Source: Polyangiales bacterium
GTDB taxonomy: Bacteria; Myxococcota_A; Polyangia; Polyangiales; Polyangiaceae
NCBI GenBank assembly: GCA_038231275.1
Contig: JBBRLQ010000006.1
Coordinates: 256,001 to 320,000 of the forward strand
Length of the DNA stretch: 64,000 bases
Direction: 5' to 3'
Shown piece after piece: positions 55,111 through 64,000 of this stretch. The notes beneath the pieces are model-generated. The model had not been told where the DNA came from, searched no databases, and saw only the letters and a list, made by a program, of their open reading frames with translations. Position 1 is the first letter of the stretch, and the number at the start of each line of letters is the position of its first letter. Both the position numbers and the translations under genes were made by a program.

Positions 55111-56034
55111 CTACCCGATGACGAGTCCGACGACGACCTCGACCGCGGCGATGAAGACGCACCCGCCGAAGATCGCGAACGGGAGGAAGCGGAAGCGAGG
55201 ATCGAGGACGTCCTTCTTCTCGGGCTTCTCGCCCTTCTTCTCCGCGGCCAGCGCCGCGGCGAGCACGTGATCGGTGACCACCGCGACCGGCATCGTCGGC
55301 GCGATCGGCTGCGGCTGCGGCTGCGGCTGCATCTGCATCTGCGGGTGCGGCTGCGGCAGCATCTGCGGGTGCGGCATCATCTGCGGCATCGGCGACGGCG
55401 GAATGAACGGCATCGGCACCGGGACGGCGGGGGGCAACGACGGCGGGATGGGCGACGCGCGGAAGACAGCGCCGGCCGGCGCGCGCGCGGTGGCGGCCTC
55501 GGACGAGACCGCGCTGCTCTTTGGCGCCGCGTCAACGACCGACAGCGGCGCGTTCGAAGGCGCGGGGATCGTCTCGTCGGGCGAGGTCTCCTGCGGGAGC
55601 GGGGCCTGCGCCGGCGCCATCACCTGCGTGCCGGCCGGTGCGACAGACGCGACAGACGCGACAGGCGCGGCCGGGACGCGCGGCGGTGACACGAAGCCGA
55701 GCGGCGGCGCGGGCGGCGACTTGCTCGACGGCACGCGCGACGCGAGCGCGGCCGACGAGGAACGCACGCTCGGCGGCGGCGCGGCTTGCGACGCGGCTTC
55801 GAACGCCTGAAGCGCCGCAGCGACCTCCGGGATGTCCGTGAACTGGCGCCAACGCCCCTCGCCCGCGTATCCGCCGAACGCGGTGCGCGGGATGTTCGAG
55901 AACGCGAGGCTGCGCACGAGCGCCTCGAGCGTCAGCGGCCCGGTGTGCATGCCGCTGTCTTGGTAGACGTACCACTCGTCGATGCGAACGGCGGCGGGCT
56001 GCGTGAACGAAGCGTGATTCTGGAAGGTATTCAT
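55111..56034 (-). CDS. GYF_2/DUF4339-like domain protein with Pro/Gln-rich linker and C-terminal TM
   Basis: WYV......GP...L.......W....DIPE; low-complexity middle region. Confidence 0.65.
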   Translation of the reverse strand: MNTFQNHASFTQPAAVRIDEWYVYQDSGMHTGPLTLEALVRSLAFSNIPRTAFGGYAGEGRWRQFTDIPEVAAALQAFEAASQAAPPPSVRSSSAALASRVPSSKSPPAPPLGFVSPPRVPAAPVASVASVAPAGTQVMAPAQAPLPQETSPDETIPAPSNAPLSVVDAAPKSSAVSSEAATARAPAGAVFRASPIPPSLPPAVPVPMPFIPPSPMPQMMPHPQMLPQPHPQMQMQPQPQPQPIAPTMPVAVVTDHVLAAALAAEKKGEKPEKKDVLDPRFRFLPFAIFGGCVFIAAVEVVVGLVIG

Positions 56035-56061
56035 GATGCTTCTCCCCTAGTCTCCTCTCCG

Positions 56062-57006
56062 TCAGACGATGCGCATGAAGACGGCGACCCACGCGACGAG
56101 CGCGATGCCGGGAACGGCGCCCGCGGCGGCGAGGTACATGATCTCGCCGAGGCTCTCTCGCTTCTTTTCCTCGAACCGCACCATCGCGACGCTGAAGGCG
56201 ATGTTGACGATGTAGACGAGGTAGGTGGCGATCATGAACTTGTCCATGAGCGTCAGGTAACCCATCGGCGGGAGCGACGACGTCGCCGACAGGTGGAACA
56301 TCACGACGCTCATCAGACCGCCGGTGGCGGTGGTGAGGCGGCCGGTGGCGCTCTTGGGCTTCAGGAGGAGCGTGAATCCCGCGACGAAGATCATGAAGAA
56401 GACCGGAACGAGGCTCTTGAAGAACGCCGACGCGCGCGGGCGGCTCAGCGCGATGCCGAGCTGCGCCTCCGAGATCTCGCGCCCGTCCTCGAGCCGCTGC
56501 TTTTCGGTGTGCACCGCGAAGTGCGGCGCGATGGCCCAGCCGGCGAGCTTGACGCTGTCCTGGATCGCGCTCTTCTGCTCGTCGATTTGGTATTGGACGC
56601 GCTCGTTGCGATCGACCAGCCCGATGTAAAGCACGTGCTTGTCGAACGGGAACTCCGACAGATCGACGAGGCCCTCGAGCTCCGCCTTGATCCGGAACTC
56701 CTTGAGGAGCGGCTCGTCGACGACTTGATCCGGCTTGCCGTTCACCTTGCCGTTGGTGATCTCGAAGCTCGGGCGACAGGGCTCGTGGTCGCATCGGAAC
56801 GAGAGAAAGAACTCGGCGGCGAAGGTGCCGGGGCCGACCTCGAACTTGTTCAGCTTCTCGAGCTGGATGCCGACGCGCATCGTCTGGGCGCCCGCGATTT
56901 CGTCCTGATGGGTCGCGTTGCCGTCCCCCTCCTCGGTCGCGCCGGCCTTTGCCGAGAGCGCGAAAAGCGCGAGAACCATGGATAAAAGGGTGAGGACGCG
57001 CTGCAT
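56062..57006 (-). CDS. Prokaryotic pentameric ligand-gated ion channel (GLIC/ELIC-like)
   Basis: Signal peptide; DLSEFPFDKH.L (Pro-loop); GW; pre-M1 R; P in M1; LPPMGYLTLMDKF M2-M3 loop; four TMs. Confidence 0.85.
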   Translation of the reverse strand: MQRVLTLLSMVLALFALSAKAGATEEGDGNATHQDEIAGAQTMRVGIQLEKLNKFEVGPGTFAAEFFLSFRCDHEPCRPSFEITNGKVNGKPDQVVDEPLLKEFRIKAELEGLVDLSEFPFDKHVLYIGLVDRNERVQYQIDEQKSAIQDSVKLAGWAIAPHFAVHTEKQRLEDGREISEAQLGIALSRPRASAFFKSLVPVFFMIFVAGFTLLLKPKSATGRLTTATGGLMSVVMFHLSATSSLPPMGYLTLMDKFMIATYLVYIVNIAFSVAMVRFEEKKRESLGEIMYLAAAGAVPGIALVAWVAVFMRIV

Positions 57007-57158
57007 GAGAAAACTGCCTCTCTACGGGTCGGTCTTGGTTTCCCCAGTCCCCCTCGACGTGACGCCGCGAGATCTGGAAAGTCGCACCCCCGTCGTACGT
57101 CCGATCCGTCACACATCTCCCCACCTCTTGCGTAGGAAACATGGCGTTAGGATGGGGC

Positions 57159-57653
57159 ATGCTCGAGATCCGCCCGGCGACGCCCGCCGACGTACACGCC
57201 ATCCTCCGCTTCATCCGCGAGCTCGCCGAGTACGAGCGCGAGCCCGACGCGGTCACTGCGACGACCGACGATCTCTTGCGGCACGGGTTCGGCGACGCGC
57301 CGCTCTTCCGCGTCTTGATGGCGAGCCATGACGGCGCGGAGGCCGGCTTCGCGTTCTACTTCTTCCAGTACTCGACGTGGACCGGTGCGCCCGTCCTCTA
57401 CTTGGAGGACCTCTACGTGACCCCCGCGCACCGCAAGCTAGGGATCGGCAAGGCGCTCATGCGCCATCTCGCGCGCGTCGCAATCGATGCAGGATGCAAG
57501 CGTTTCCAGTGGGCGGTCCTGGACTGGAACACGCCCGCGATCGGCTTCTACGAGTCGATCGGCGCGCGCGTGCTCCCCGACTGGCGAACGGTTCGCGTCG
57601 ACGGCGACGCGCTCTCCACGCTCGCCGCGCCGGCCACCGTCGCTACTCCTTGA
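57159..57653 (+). CDS. GNAT acetyltransferase (diamine N-acetyltransferase-like)
   Basis: IRELAEYE, YSTWTG..LYLEDLYV.P.HR..GIGK, VLDWN.PAI.FY. Confidence 0.92.
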   Translation: MLEIRPATPADVHAILRFIRELAEYEREPDAVTATTDDLLRHGFGDAPLFRVLMASHDGAEAGFAFYFFQYSTWTGAPVLYLEDLYVTPAHRKLGIGKALMRHLARVAIDAGCKRFQWAVLDWNTPAIGFYESIGARVLPDWRTVRVDGDALSTLAAPATVATP

Positions 57654-57843
57654 CGTCGTTCGTGCCGGGCATCTTGCGCACGTCGCGCCGTGCGACCTTC
57701 CACGCGCGCTGGACGACCCACGAGAGGGAGCGGTTCAGGCGCGTCGCCTCCTCCTTCATCTCCACGAGCATCGTCTCGGGGAAGTAGAGGCTCTGCTTTC
57801 GCTTGTCCGTCTTGGACTCCGGGCGCACGGGTTCGTCGGTCAT
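57643..57843 (-). CDS. TIGR04563 family protein, CdbA/CdbB-like RHH DNA/c-di-GMP-binding protein
   Basis: TDKRKQSLYFPETML.EM.EEATR..RSLSWVVQ.AWK.AR, closely matching Myxococcus CdbA as I recall it. Confidence 0.88.
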   Translation of the reverse strand: MTDEPVRPESKTDKRKQSLYFPETMLVEMKEEATRLNRSLSWVVQRAWKVARRDVRKMPGTNDVKE

Positions 57844-57931
57844 TCTTCGAAGCTATCCAGGGGAGGGGCCTCTCGGCAAGGGCGACGGCAGGCTTGCGAA
57901 TGCTTGGCAAGGGGGCGAAAGTGGTGGGGTG

Positions 57932-59677
57932 ATGTTCTTTCGCCTCAAGACCGTCCGCGCGAAGCTCACCATGCTGGTGGCGCTGTCGATCGGAATGATG
58001 CTGGCGACCCTACCCGTCCTGTCGTGGCTGCTCCATCGGCAGCTCGTGGACGAGGTCGACGATCGGGTCACAGAGGCCGAAAAATCCTTCCGCGAAGAGC
58101 TAAAGGACGATCTGGCCGACCTCGGGCTCGCCGCCAAGATCCTCGCCGCGGACCCGGCGACCGGCAAGGCCCTCGCCGCCAGCGACGAGAAGGAAGCGGT
58201 CGCGCTCGCGAAGCTCTTCCTCGACGCGTACCCGAACATCGACATCCTCTTCGTCGACGCCAAAGGCAAGGTCCTCGCCGACGTCGGCTGCACGGTCCCG
58301 CTCGATCAGGTGCGGAGCATCAAGGGGCTCGCCAGCGCCGTCGCCGGCACGGAGTTCCGCGGCGTCGTCGCGCACGGCTGCGAGCGAGGCGACGTCGGCA
58401 AGACGCCCGCGTACGTCATCGCGATGCCCATCAAAGGGGCCGGCGCCGTCGTGGTGTGCCTGCCGCTCGACGTCGAGCTCGTCCAGAACGCGAGCATGAA
58501 GCTCGGCCTGGAGCTCGCGCTGCTCGACTCCGTGACCGGCGAGCCGATCGCGATGACGCCGAAATTTCCGGTCAAGAGCATCCCGGCGCGCGAGGGCACC
58601 GAGACGGTCCTCGCGGACGAAGGGGGCTCCAGCTGGGCGCTCGGCCGCTTCGCGATCGATGGCCTCGAGACGGGCGCCTCTGCGCCGATCCACTTCGCGG
58701 CAGCGCTCGACGTCGCGGACATCCAGAAGATCGTCCGTCAAAATTTGCTGTTCGCAATCCTGGTCCTGGCCGTCGCCGCGCTCATCAGCGTCACCACCGG
58801 CGCGCGCCTCGCCTCCATCATGTCGCGTGCGCTCTCGCGCGTGAACGCGGCGCTGAAGAAGCTCGAGCAGCAGGAGTACGTCCACGTCGAGGCGCTGCGC
58901 ACCGGCGACGAGCTCGAAGACCTGGCGACCGGCTTCAACACGATGGTCGACGGCCTGAAGGAGCGCGACAAGCTGCGCACCACCTTCGGCAAGTACATGA
59001 CCGCCGCCGTGATGGAGCACCTCATGAACGGCAAGGTGTCGCTCGGCGGCGAGACGCTCCAAGTGACCATCCTCTTCACCGACATCCGCAGCTTCACCTC
59101 CATCAGCGAGAAGATGGACGCTCAGGCGCTCGTCGGCCTCTTGAACGAGTACTTCACCGACATGGTGGGGATCGTGATGCAGGAGGACGGCGTCGTCGAC
59201 AAGTACATCGGCGACGCGATCATGGCGGTCTTCGGCGCGCCCGTCCCCAAGCCGAACGACGCGGTCAACGCCGTGCGGGCAGCCGTGCGGATGCGCCACG
59301 CGCTGCGCAAGCTGAACGAGCGCCTCTCCGAACGAGGCCTCGCGCCGCTGCGCACCGGCATCGGCATCCACACGGGCGAGGTCGTCGCCGGCAACATCGG
59401 CAGCGAGGCGCGCATGGAGTACACGGTCATCGGCGACGCCGTGAACCTCGCCTCCCGCCTCGAGTCGAACACCAAGGACCTCGGCGTGAGCATCCTCATC
59501 AGCGAGGACACCTACCAGCTCGTCAAGCACAAGGTCGTCGCGCGGCAGGTGAAGGAGATCACCGTGAAGGGGCGGGCGCAGCCGGTCATGACGTACGAAG
59601 TGACCGGCTTCGAAGGGGAAAAGAGCCTCGAGCGCGAGAGTGAGCATCCGAAAGGCGCCGTGACCGCCTCGGCCTGA
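57932..59677 (+). CDS. Membrane class III adenylate cyclase (periplasmic Cache-like sensor, HAMP)
   Basis: Two TMs; DELEDL...FN.M HAMP; ILFTDIRSFT, DKYIGDAIMA, GIGIHTG, YTVIGDAVNLASRLE. Confidence 0.93.
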   Translation: MFFRLKTVRAKLTMLVALSIGMMLATLPVLSWLLHRQLVDEVDDRVTEAEKSFREELKDDLADLGLAAKILAADPATGKALAASDEKEAVALAKLFLDAYPNIDILFVDAKGKVLADVGCTVPLDQVRSIKGLASAVAGTEFRGVVAHGCERGDVGKTPAYVIAMPIKGAGAVVVCLPLDVELVQNASMKLGLELALLDSVTGEPIAMTPKFPVKSIPAREGTETVLADEGGSSWALGRFAIDGLETGASAPIHFAAALDVADIQKIVRQNLLFAILVLAVAALISVTTGARLASIMSRALSRVNAALKKLEQQEYVHVEALRTGDELEDLATGFNTMVDGLKERDKLRTTFGKYMTAAVMEHLMNGKVSLGGETLQVTILFTDIRSFTSISEKMDAQALVGLLNEYFTDMVGIVMQEDGVVDKYIGDAIMAVFGAPVPKPNDAVNAVRAAVRMRHALRKLNERLSERGLAPLRTGIGIHTGEVVAGNIGSEARMEYTVIGDAVNLASRLESNTKDLGVSILISEDTYQLVKHKVVARQVKEITVKGRAQPVMTYEVTGFEGEKSLERESEHPKGAVTASA

Positions 59678-59748
59678 GCCGTTTTTTCCGCCAAGGTGAT
59701 CGATCCGGGAGGGTGTTGGCCACTATCCTTACGAATCAGGAACGCCCC

Positions 59749-60936
59749 GTGCCCACTCTCTTCAAAAGCGCTGCGTGGATCGCCGGGATTGCGGCGCTCG
59801 TGAGCTGCGGCGCGCGGACGGGCCTGGACCTCCCGTCGGACGGCACGTCGCTCGGCCCCGACAGCGGACCGCTCGCGGATGGAGGCGACGCGGCGGCCGA
59901 CGCCGATGCGGACGCGCCTGTCGCGTGCACGCCCGGCACGGTGAACCTGACGAAGGCGACGCCCGCGGTGATGTTCTTGCTCGATCGCTCGGGGTCGATG
60001 GGCAACGTGCTCGGAACGACCGGCGGGCGCACGCGGTGGGAGATCCTGACGAGCGCGCTCGCGTCGACGTTGCCCCCCGTGGACACGACAATGGGCATCG
60101 GCGCGCTCCTCTTCCCCGCCGCGGGCAACTCGCAGTCGTGCAGCTCGCCCGGCGCGCCGGATCTGACGCCGACGACGGGCCACGTGAGCCAGCTCCTCGC
60201 CTTGATGCGCGGGAATCTTCCGAACGGAGGCACTCCCACCGCCGACGCGATCGACGTCTCGGCGAAGTTCCTCCTCGGCGTGCGCGCGGCCGAAGGGGCG
60301 CGCGCGATGATCCTCGCCACCGACGGCGAGCCGAACTGCAACACGGCGCTCAACCCGAACACCTGCACGTGCGTGGAATCGGTGCGCGGCTGCCAGGGGC
60401 GCGCGCAGCAGTGCCTCGACGACACGCGCACGGTCGCGCGCCTCGGGACGTACGCGTCGCAGGGCTTGCCGACGTACGTCATCGGCCTGCAGGACAACGG
60501 CAACGCGCGCTTCAGCAGCGTGCTCGACGCGATGGCGACCGCCGGCGGACGCCCGCAAGTGGGCGGCGCGCACCAGTACTACTCAGCGAACTCGGAGGCC
60601 GAGCTCGACACCGCGCTCGTCACCATCCGCGATCAGGTCGGCGCGTGCACGTTCCTCACGAGCTCGGTGCCGGACATCCGCGGCACGATCGTCGTAACGC
60701 TGAACGGCGCGACGATCCCGTTCGACCCGAGCCGGACGAACGGCTGGGCGTGGACCAACCAGAGCAACGGCGAGATGGCGTTCTACGGGGCCGCGTGCAC
60801 GGCCGCCGTCGCTGCCGGAACGCGCACGCTCGACGCGATCATCACGTGCAGTGACGGCGGCGTCGAGGCAGGCTCGGACGCCGGCCGCGACGCGACCCTC
60901 CGCGACGGCGCCGCCCCCGACGCGCGCGCCGACTGA
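59749..60936 (+). CDS. VWA-domain lipoprotein, CglB-like
   Basis: LVSCG lipobox; MIDAS DRSGSM, GGTPT, LATDGEPNC; Cys-rich insert; TYVIG. Confidence 0.8.
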   Translation: MPTLFKSAAWIAGIAALVSCGARTGLDLPSDGTSLGPDSGPLADGGDAAADADADAPVACTPGTVNLTKATPAVMFLLDRSGSMGNVLGTTGGRTRWEILTSALASTLPPVDTTMGIGALLFPAAGNSQSCSSPGAPDLTPTTGHVSQLLALMRGNLPNGGTPTADAIDVSAKFLLGVRAAEGARAMILATDGEPNCNTALNPNTCTCVESVRGCQGRAQQCLDDTRTVARLGTYASQGLPTYVIGLQDNGNARFSSVLDAMATAGGRPQVGGAHQYYSANSEAELDTALVTIRDQVGACTFLTSSVPDIRGTIVVTLNGATIPFDPSRTNGWAWTNQSNGEMAFYGAACTAAVAAGTRTLDAIITCSDGGVEAGSDAGRDATLRDGAAPDARAD

Positions 60937-60990
60937 CGCGCGCGCAAAAGTTGTATTACAAATTGGTATTACAAGTTTCAGCGTCCGCCG

Positions 60991-62595
60991 TCAGGACCAG
61001 CCGCGCGCGCTCTTCGCGGGGACCTTGCTCATCGCGAGCTCACTCATCGCGGTGATCGTGAGGCTGGGGTTCACGCCGAGGTTGGCGGGGATGACCGAGC
61101 CGTCGACCACGTAGAAATCGTCGTAGCCGAACACCTTGCTCTGCGGGTCGACCACGCCGTCGTCGGCGCTCTCTCCGATGGGGCAGCCGCCGAGGACGTG
61201 CGCGGTGGCGGCGCGGCCGGTGAGCACCTCGATGAGGCCGCTCTCGGCGACGCCGTTCATCTCGCTGGCGAGCTTCTTGGCGATCTCGTTGGCGATGGGG
61301 ATGTAGACCGGCACCTTCGGCCCGTCGCCGCGGTCGCTGTCGAGCTTCTTCGAGAACGGCCAGTACCAGGGGCGCCGCATCACGTAGCGCATGTGGTTGT
61401 CGACCGGCTGCATCACGAGCAGGATCGCGGTGCGCTTGGCCCAGCCGAACGGGATCGTGACGCGCGCGAAGTCGATCGGGTGCCGGATCGCGTTGCCCAT
61501 CCACCGGAGCCATCGCGGCACGCCGGGGCCGTCGTCGGTGAGGATGGTCGCGAGCATCGCCATCGAGTCGCTTCCCTCGGGGTAGCGGACGATCTCGATG
61601 TGCGTCTTGTCGTCGACGTACGCGCCGCTCGTGATGGCGATGCCCTTGGAGAAGTCGACGTCGTCGCGGCGCGAGCGCACGGCCAGGAGCGCCTCGCTGT
61701 TGGTGCGGAGGTAGTTCCCGAGCTGCGGCGACAGGCGCGGGAGCGAGCCGTTCTCGCGGCACCGCATGAGCAGCTGCACGGTGCCGTACGAGCCTGCCGA
61801 GATGACGATGCCGCGCGCGCGCAACGTACGCCGCGTCCGGAAAAACCCCGTCGATTTCTCGATCGTGAGCGCGTAGCCGCCGCCGTCCGCCGCGGGGAGC
61901 GCGACGATGTCGACGACGCGCGACTCCGGCTCGACCACCGCGCCGTTTTTCTCTGCAAAGTACAAGTAATTCTTGTCGAGCGTGTTCTTGGCGCCGACAC
62001 GGCACCCGACCATGCAGCCGCCGCACATCGTGCAGCCGGTGCGGTCGGGTCCCGCGCCGTCGAAGAACGGATCCTTCACCGTCGTTCCCGCGTCGCCGAA
62101 GTACACGCCGACGGTGTGCTTGTGGAAAGTGTCGCCGCGGCCCATGTCGTCGGCGATCTTCTTGAGGAGGCGATCGGTCTCGACGAGGACCTGACTCTCC
62201 ACCGCGCCGAGCATCTTCTTGGCGGTCGCGTAGTGCGGCGCGAGCGCGGCCTTCCAGTCGAAGCCGACCCAGCGTGCATCCGCGAACGCCGCGGCGGGCG
62301 GCTCGAGCAGCGTGTTGGCGTAGACGAGGCTCCCGCCGCCGACGCCCGCGCCATGGAGGAAGAACGCGTCCTTCACCATCGTCATCTGCAAGATGCCGTA
62401 CATGCCGAGCGACGGACGCCAGAAGTACCTCGGCAGATCCCACGTCGACTTCGCGAAGTCCTCCGTGTTCCAGCGCTTGCCCATCTCGAGCACGCGCACG
62501 GAGTAGCCCTTCTCCGTGAGGCGCATCGCCGAGACGCTTCCCCCGAAGCCCGACCCGACGATCGCGAAGTCACAGTCGAAGGCCGCGGTCCCCAT
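60991..62595 (-). CDS. GMC oxidoreductase, cholesterol oxidase (ChoD)-like
   Basis: IVGSGFGGSV.A.RL.EKGY, GVGGGSLVYAN, C..CG.CM.GC..GAKNTL..NYL, TAH.LGGC, GVNPSLTI.A..E. Confidence 0.92.
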   Translation of the reverse strand: MGTAAFDCDFAIVGSGFGGSVSAMRLTEKGYSVRVLEMGKRWNTEDFAKSTWDLPRYFWRPSLGMYGILQMTMVKDAFFLHGAGVGGGSLVYANTLLEPPAAAFADARWVGFDWKAALAPHYATAKKMLGAVESQVLVETDRLLKKIADDMGRGDTFHKHTVGVYFGDAGTTVKDPFFDGAGPDRTGCTMCGGCMVGCRVGAKNTLDKNYLYFAEKNGAVVEPESRVVDIVALPAADGGGYALTIEKSTGFFRTRRTLRARGIVISAGSYGTVQLLMRCRENGSLPRLSPQLGNYLRTNSEALLAVRSRRDDVDFSKGIAITSGAYVDDKTHIEIVRYPEGSDSMAMLATILTDDGPGVPRWLRWMGNAIRHPIDFARVTIPFGWAKRTAILLVMQPVDNHMRYVMRRPWYWPFSKKLDSDRGDGPKVPVYIPIANEIAKKLASEMNGVAESGLIEVLTGRAATAHVLGGCPIGESADDGVVDPQSKVFGYDDFYVVDGSVIPANLGVNPSLTITAMSELAMSKVPAKSARGWS

Positions 62596-62641
62596 GATGG
62601 CGGCAGTCTACCACTCGGTCGCGGACTCAGTAGACTGGCGG

Positions 62642-62715
62642 TAGCCCCTGCTGGATTCGAACCAGCGACCTTGTCCTTAGAAGGGACCTGCTCTATCCAG
62701 CTGAGCTAAGGGGCC
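62642..62715 (-). tRNA. tRNA-Arg(UCU)
   Basis: GGCCCCT-TAGCTCAGCTGGATAGAGC...GTCC-CTTCTAA-GGAC...GCTGG-TTCGAAT-CCAGC-AGGGGCT-A. CCA not encoded. Confidence 0.95.
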
Positions 62716-62796
62716 GTCGTGGGGTCGCTTTCATAACACTGCGGGGACGGCCGGCAATAGAGCGAACGCACGTTTGCTCGGAACGGGGGAGTTGGG

Positions 62797-64000
62797 GTGT
62801 CTACGAGCGCGCCGCTGAACGTCGCGGATCTCTTCGATCGTCTCGAAGAGTCGGTGACGATCTACGATCGCGAGGCGCGGCTCCTCTACATGAACGCGGC
62901 CGCGGTGCGGCCGTTCGGGCGGCCGGTCGCCGAGCTCCTGGGGAAGCGGCCGTGGGAGCTGGTGCCCGCGCCTCGCGACGGCAAGAAGACGCCCTTTCGT
63001 GAAGCGCTCGAGGCCGTGCTCGCGGACGGAACGCGCCGGACGGCGACCACGTTCGTCGAGGGCATCGGGCGATGGTACGAGGTCGAAGTCTACCCCCATC
63101 CTCAGGGCGCGTTCGCGACGGCGCGCAACGTGACGGAGGCGCGCCGCGCGCACGACGAGCTCCAGCGGAGTGAGGCGCGCTTCCGCGCCATGGTCGAGTT
63201 TGCCCCGGAGGCGATCGTCATCCTCGACAACTCCACCGGCTTGTTCTGCGACGCGAACCCGGAGGCCGAGCGGCTCTTCGGGAAGACGCGCGAGCAGCTC
63301 ATGAAGATCGGTCCCGCGGACCTGATGCTCCGCGCGAGCGCCGAGACCGCGGCGGAGCGCCAGCGCGCGCGCGAGACCCTCATGCGCGGTGAGATCTCCC
63401 ACTCCGAGTGGCAGGCGATCGGTGCGCGCGGAGAGGTCCTGACGATCGAGGTCACCGGACGGCGGCTGCCCGGTACCGATCCCGTTCTCATTCGCGCGAG
63501 CGTCGTCGACGTGACGGCGCGCAGGCGCGCGCAGGAGCAGCTGGCGGACGTGCAACGGCTCGAGGCGATCGCGCGGCTCGCCGGCGGCGTCGCGCACGAC
63601 TTCAACAACATGCTGTCGATCATCCTCGGCTGCACGCAGCTCGCCCTGAGCGCCCTCCCGCCGGACCATCCGGTGACGATGGATCTAGAGAGCGTGATGA
63701 GCGCGGCGGAGCGGTCGGCGTTGATCACGCGGCAGCTCCTCGCCTTCGGCCGCAAGCAGGTCGCCTCGCCGCGAGTGCTCGACTTGACCGCGTACATCGA
63801 GCAGGTGCAGTCGGTGCTGCGGCGCCTCGTCGGGGAGGACGTCGAGCTCGCGCTGGATCTCGCGCGTCCGCTCGGCGGCGCGCTGGTGGACCCGGCGCAC
63901 GTCGAGCAGATCCTCATCAACTTGGTGGCGAATGCGCGCGATGCGATGCCCAAAGGCGGCCGCATCACCCTCCACACCGCGAACGTCTTCCTCGACGGCG
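62797..64000 (+). CDS. PAS-PAS sensor histidine kinase, runs off the right edge
   Basis: Not in the ORF track. My translation from GTG 62797 gives two PAS-like regions, H-box LAGGVAHDFNNML and N-box QILINLVANARDAMP.GG. Confidence 0.9.
   Translation, partial: MSTSAPLNVADLFDRLEESVTIYDREARLLYMNAAAVRPFGRPVAELLGKRPWELVPAPRDGKKTPFREALEAVLADGTRRTATTFVEGIGRWYEVEVYPHPQGAFATARNVTEARRAHDELQRSEARFRAMVEFAPEAIVILDNSTGLFCDANPEAERLFGKTREQLMKIGPADLMLRASAETAAERQRARETLMRGEISHSEWQAIGARGEVLTIEVTGRRLPGTDPVLIRASVVDVTARRRAQEQLADVQRLEAIARLAGGVAHDFNNMLSIILGCTQLALSALPPDHPVTMDLESVMSAAERSALITRQLLAFGRKQVASPRVLDLTAYIEQVQSVLRRLVGEDVELALDLARPLGGALVDPAHVEQILINLVANARDAMPKGGRITLHTANVFLDG

Noticed and set aside
55305..55390. 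(GGCTGC)n-like tandem repeat
   Set aside because: Encodes the Gln/Pro/Met low-complexity linker of the GYF-like protein; not CRISPR or regulatory.
12023..62595. Sterol-catabolism cluster (CaiB, SCP2, SDR, TesB, acyl-CoA dehydrogenase, cholesterol oxidase)
   Set aside because: The genes are scattered over 50 kb and are common lipid-metabolism families; only CaiB and SCP2 are adjacent.
44835..62715. tRNA genes as prophage or island integration sites
   Set aside because: No integrase, phage genes or duplicated tRNA 3' end were seen in the window.
110..63977. Many long Arg/Ala/Pro-rich ORFs overlapping real genes (e.g. 267-2033, 4134-6236, 9916-12135, 52647-54650, 57487-59643)
   Set aside because: Shadow ORFs expected from stop-codon scarcity at high GC. 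They have no motifs, and a better-supported gene occupies each locus.

Overview
A very GC-rich, gene-dense bacterial chromosomal segment. Its content points to a myxobacterium, probably Polyangiaceae/Labilitrichaceae-like: several eukaryotic-like Ser/Thr kinases, a PEGA/TPR protein, Cys-rich lipoproteins with DAG-type linkers, CdbA-like RHH proteins and a CglB-like VWA lipoprotein. I can support about 60 CDSs (first and last truncated by the window edges) and two tRNAs (Pro-UGG, Arg-UCU). I found no rRNA, CRISPR array, integrase or transposase. Most genes are ordinary lipid/CoA metabolism, signalling or envelope genes. The main candidate for an undescribed system is at 27.5-35.2 kb. There a glutathionylspermidine-synthase-like ATP-grasp ligase and a DUF350 membrane protein sit with an exported protein ending in a Gly-rich tail and a DUF1517-like protein. 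They are interleaved with four predicted non-haem iron oxygenases (one Rieske, two paralogous HxD...H cupins, one 2OG-Fe(II) enzyme). Other notable items are: a lipoprotein with arthropod-hemocyanin-type dicopper motifs in an apparent operon with a beta-propeller and a TsdA-like dihaem cytochrome; an orphan adaptor/JAB-toxin/immunity-like triad; a tandem single-chain CdbA-like protein; a pseudokinase with ten acidic-x-[VI]-T motifs; a prokaryotic pentameric ligand-gated ion channel; and several structured or repeated non-coding elements. All family calls come from motif recognition by eye, and most start codons are best estimates.
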